DNA from: Nanoarchaeota archaeon SCGC AAA011-D5
GTDB taxonomy: Archaea; Nanobdellota; Nanobdellia; Pacearchaeales; GW2011-AR1
Reading direction: 5' to 3'
DNA: 64,000 bases
Assembly: GCA_000405225.1 (NCBI GenBank)
Contig: ASMP01000002.1
Coordinates: 1,494 to 65,493 of the forward strand
The translations under genes were made by a program, and so were the position numbers. This document shows, one piece after another, positions 62,767 to 64,000 of this stretch. The stretch's first letter is position 1, and every line of letters starts with the position of its first letter. The notes under the pieces are model-generated. The model was not told the DNA's origin and searched no databases. It saw nothing but the letters and a program-made list of their open reading frames with translations.

Positions 62767-64000
62767 AGAAATTTGTGCTGGTGGCTTTAACCGCCTTTTT
62801 GACGATTTTTCTGATTAATTCTGCATTAGCAGCAGATGTAGCATATATTGTGAAAAGCAGTGCTAATCCTTTTTTAACAAGTGAATTAAGGAATAATGGC
62901 TTAACATATGATATCATTCGTGAATCAAATTTAACATCAACGAATTTTTCAAAATACAGGATGCTTTTAGTTGGAAATGATAATTTTGATGATTTTACAA
63001 AAATTCCTGCTGAAAAATATAATTCTTTGATTATCAATGAGTATAATTCCCAGTGGGGATGGAGTTTTAGAAGGGGCTCAATTTCAAGTCCGACAAGCAT
63101 AAGATTTAGTACTCTCAACACAACGCTGTCAGATGGAATTCCAGAAGTTTTCAAAGGATACTTTCTTCACGACATAAATGTTAACACATATTACCTGTCT
63201 GGAAAAAAAGCAACGGGAATTAAGTTTATAGCAAATATTGATGGAAGGCCATCTTATGACTCTGTTCTTGCGGTTGCATATCCTGGAGCAGAATATTTAA
63301 ACGGTAAAATCGGGGAGAAAAGAAGTTTATTTTTTGGTATTGTTGAGACAAAATACTGGAGCATTGACTCCAGACAACTTTTCAGAAATTCCCTTGACTG
63401 GGTTTTGATTGGAGAAGACAATGACAATGATGGATTTTACAGCGACGATGACTGTGATGATGCAAATGCCGGGATAAACCCTGATGGAGAGGAAGTGGCT
63501 TATGATGAAATTGACCAAGACTGCAATGGCTATGACCTGGCAGACGTTGACTTTGATAGTTACTGCAAGGAAGGATATTCGATAAAAAATGCTTCATTCC
63601 AATGCCCAAAAGAATCAGGCGCATCAGGAACCGATTGCGACGATGAAGATTCGGATTTTAATCCGGGAAGCCAGAAGCTTCCATTAAACTGCAGGAACGA
63701 TGCACCAACAATTTCAAGTATTCCTAATTTCATTGTCAGAGAATCTCAACTTGTCAAGTTAATTATATCTGCAAGCGATCCTGAAAATGATTCATTGACA
63801 TATAACATAAATGACACCAAATTCACGCAGACAGGCACAAATACTTTCCAATGGCAAACAAGTTATTATGATGCAGGCAATCATAGTTTCATGGTTAGTG
63901 TAAGCGATGGACAATTAAATGCTACAAAAAACTTTAAAGTAGAGGTCAAGGAAGAAAATCAGGCTCCTGAATTAAATGCAACAATTCCCGATCAATCATG
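62763..64000 (+). CDS. secreted multidomain surface protein, 3'-truncated by the window edge
   Basis: Not in the ORF track because there is no stop in the window. Hand translation MKKFVLVALTAFLTIFLINSALAADVAYIVK... The ATG overlaps the upstream TGA (ATGA). Contains DNDNDGFYSDDDCDDANAGINPDGEEVAYDEIDQDCNG (Cys/Asp metal-binding-type motif) and a PENDSLTY Ig-like repeat. Confidence 0.6.
   Translation, partial: MKKFVLVALTAFLTIFLINSALAADVAYIVKSSANPFLTSELRNNGLTYDIIRESNLTSTNFSKYRMLLVGNDNFDDFTKIPAEKYNSLIINEYNSQWGWSFRRGSISSPTSIRFSTLNTTLSDGIPEVFKGYFLHDINVNTYYLSGKKATGIKFIANIDGRPSYDSVLAVAYPGAEYLNGKIGEKRSLFFGIVETKYWSIDSRQLFRNSLDWVLIGEDNDNDGFYSDDDCDDANAGINPDGEEVAYDEIDQDCNGYDLADVDFDSYCKEGYSIKNASFQCPKESGASGTDCDDEDSDFNPGSQKLPLNCRNDAPTISSIPNFIVRESQLVKLIISASDPENDSLTYNINDTKFTQTGTNTFQWQTSYYDAGNHSFMVSVSDGQLNATKNFKVEVKEENQAPELNATIPDQS

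Overview
Low-GC (roughly mid-30s % by eye) archaeal chromosome segment, most consistent with a small-genome DPANN-type archaeon. The supporting genes are archaeal RpoH/RpoB/RpoA, KH-type NusA, uS12/uS7, aEF-2, aEF-1alpha, archaeal DnaG, DTD2 and diphthine synthase, plus Shine-Dalgarno-led genes and an intron-containing tRNA.

Nt 1-43,800 are mainly housekeeping. This part holds the rpoH-rpoB-rpoA-nusA-rps12-rps7-EF2-EF1a supercluster, here interrupted by orphan ORFs. It also holds dnaG, an S-layer-like protein, pcm, an SMC-like protein, rnhB, three tRNAs (iMet, intron-containing Ser, Leu), dtdA, dphB, ileS, argS, a membrane-anchored thermonuclease, two SF2 helicases and a HEPN/MNT pair.

Nt 44,000-64,000 form a cell-envelope island with two parts:
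- A polysaccharide locus: LmbE/PIG-L deacetylase, WbqC, a secreted CE4-deacetylase protein, a processive GT2 synthase, a DegT aminotransferase, a GNAT and a GH18-like protein.
- A run of secreted or anchored, sequon-rich proteins. These include a compact operon that looks like an undescribed surface filament/adhesin system.

Four operon starts in the island carry copies of one conserved promoter/operator cassette.

Other notable points: an SMC-head protein with a Rad50-type CPVC zinc hook in place of a hinge, and a single-ORF (unsplit) RpoA.

No CRISPR array, integrase, transposase or rRNA was seen. Hand-derived coordinates (RNAs, motifs, small ORFs) may be off by 1-2 nt near homopolymer runs. 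All homology calls are from motif recognition by eye, not from searches.
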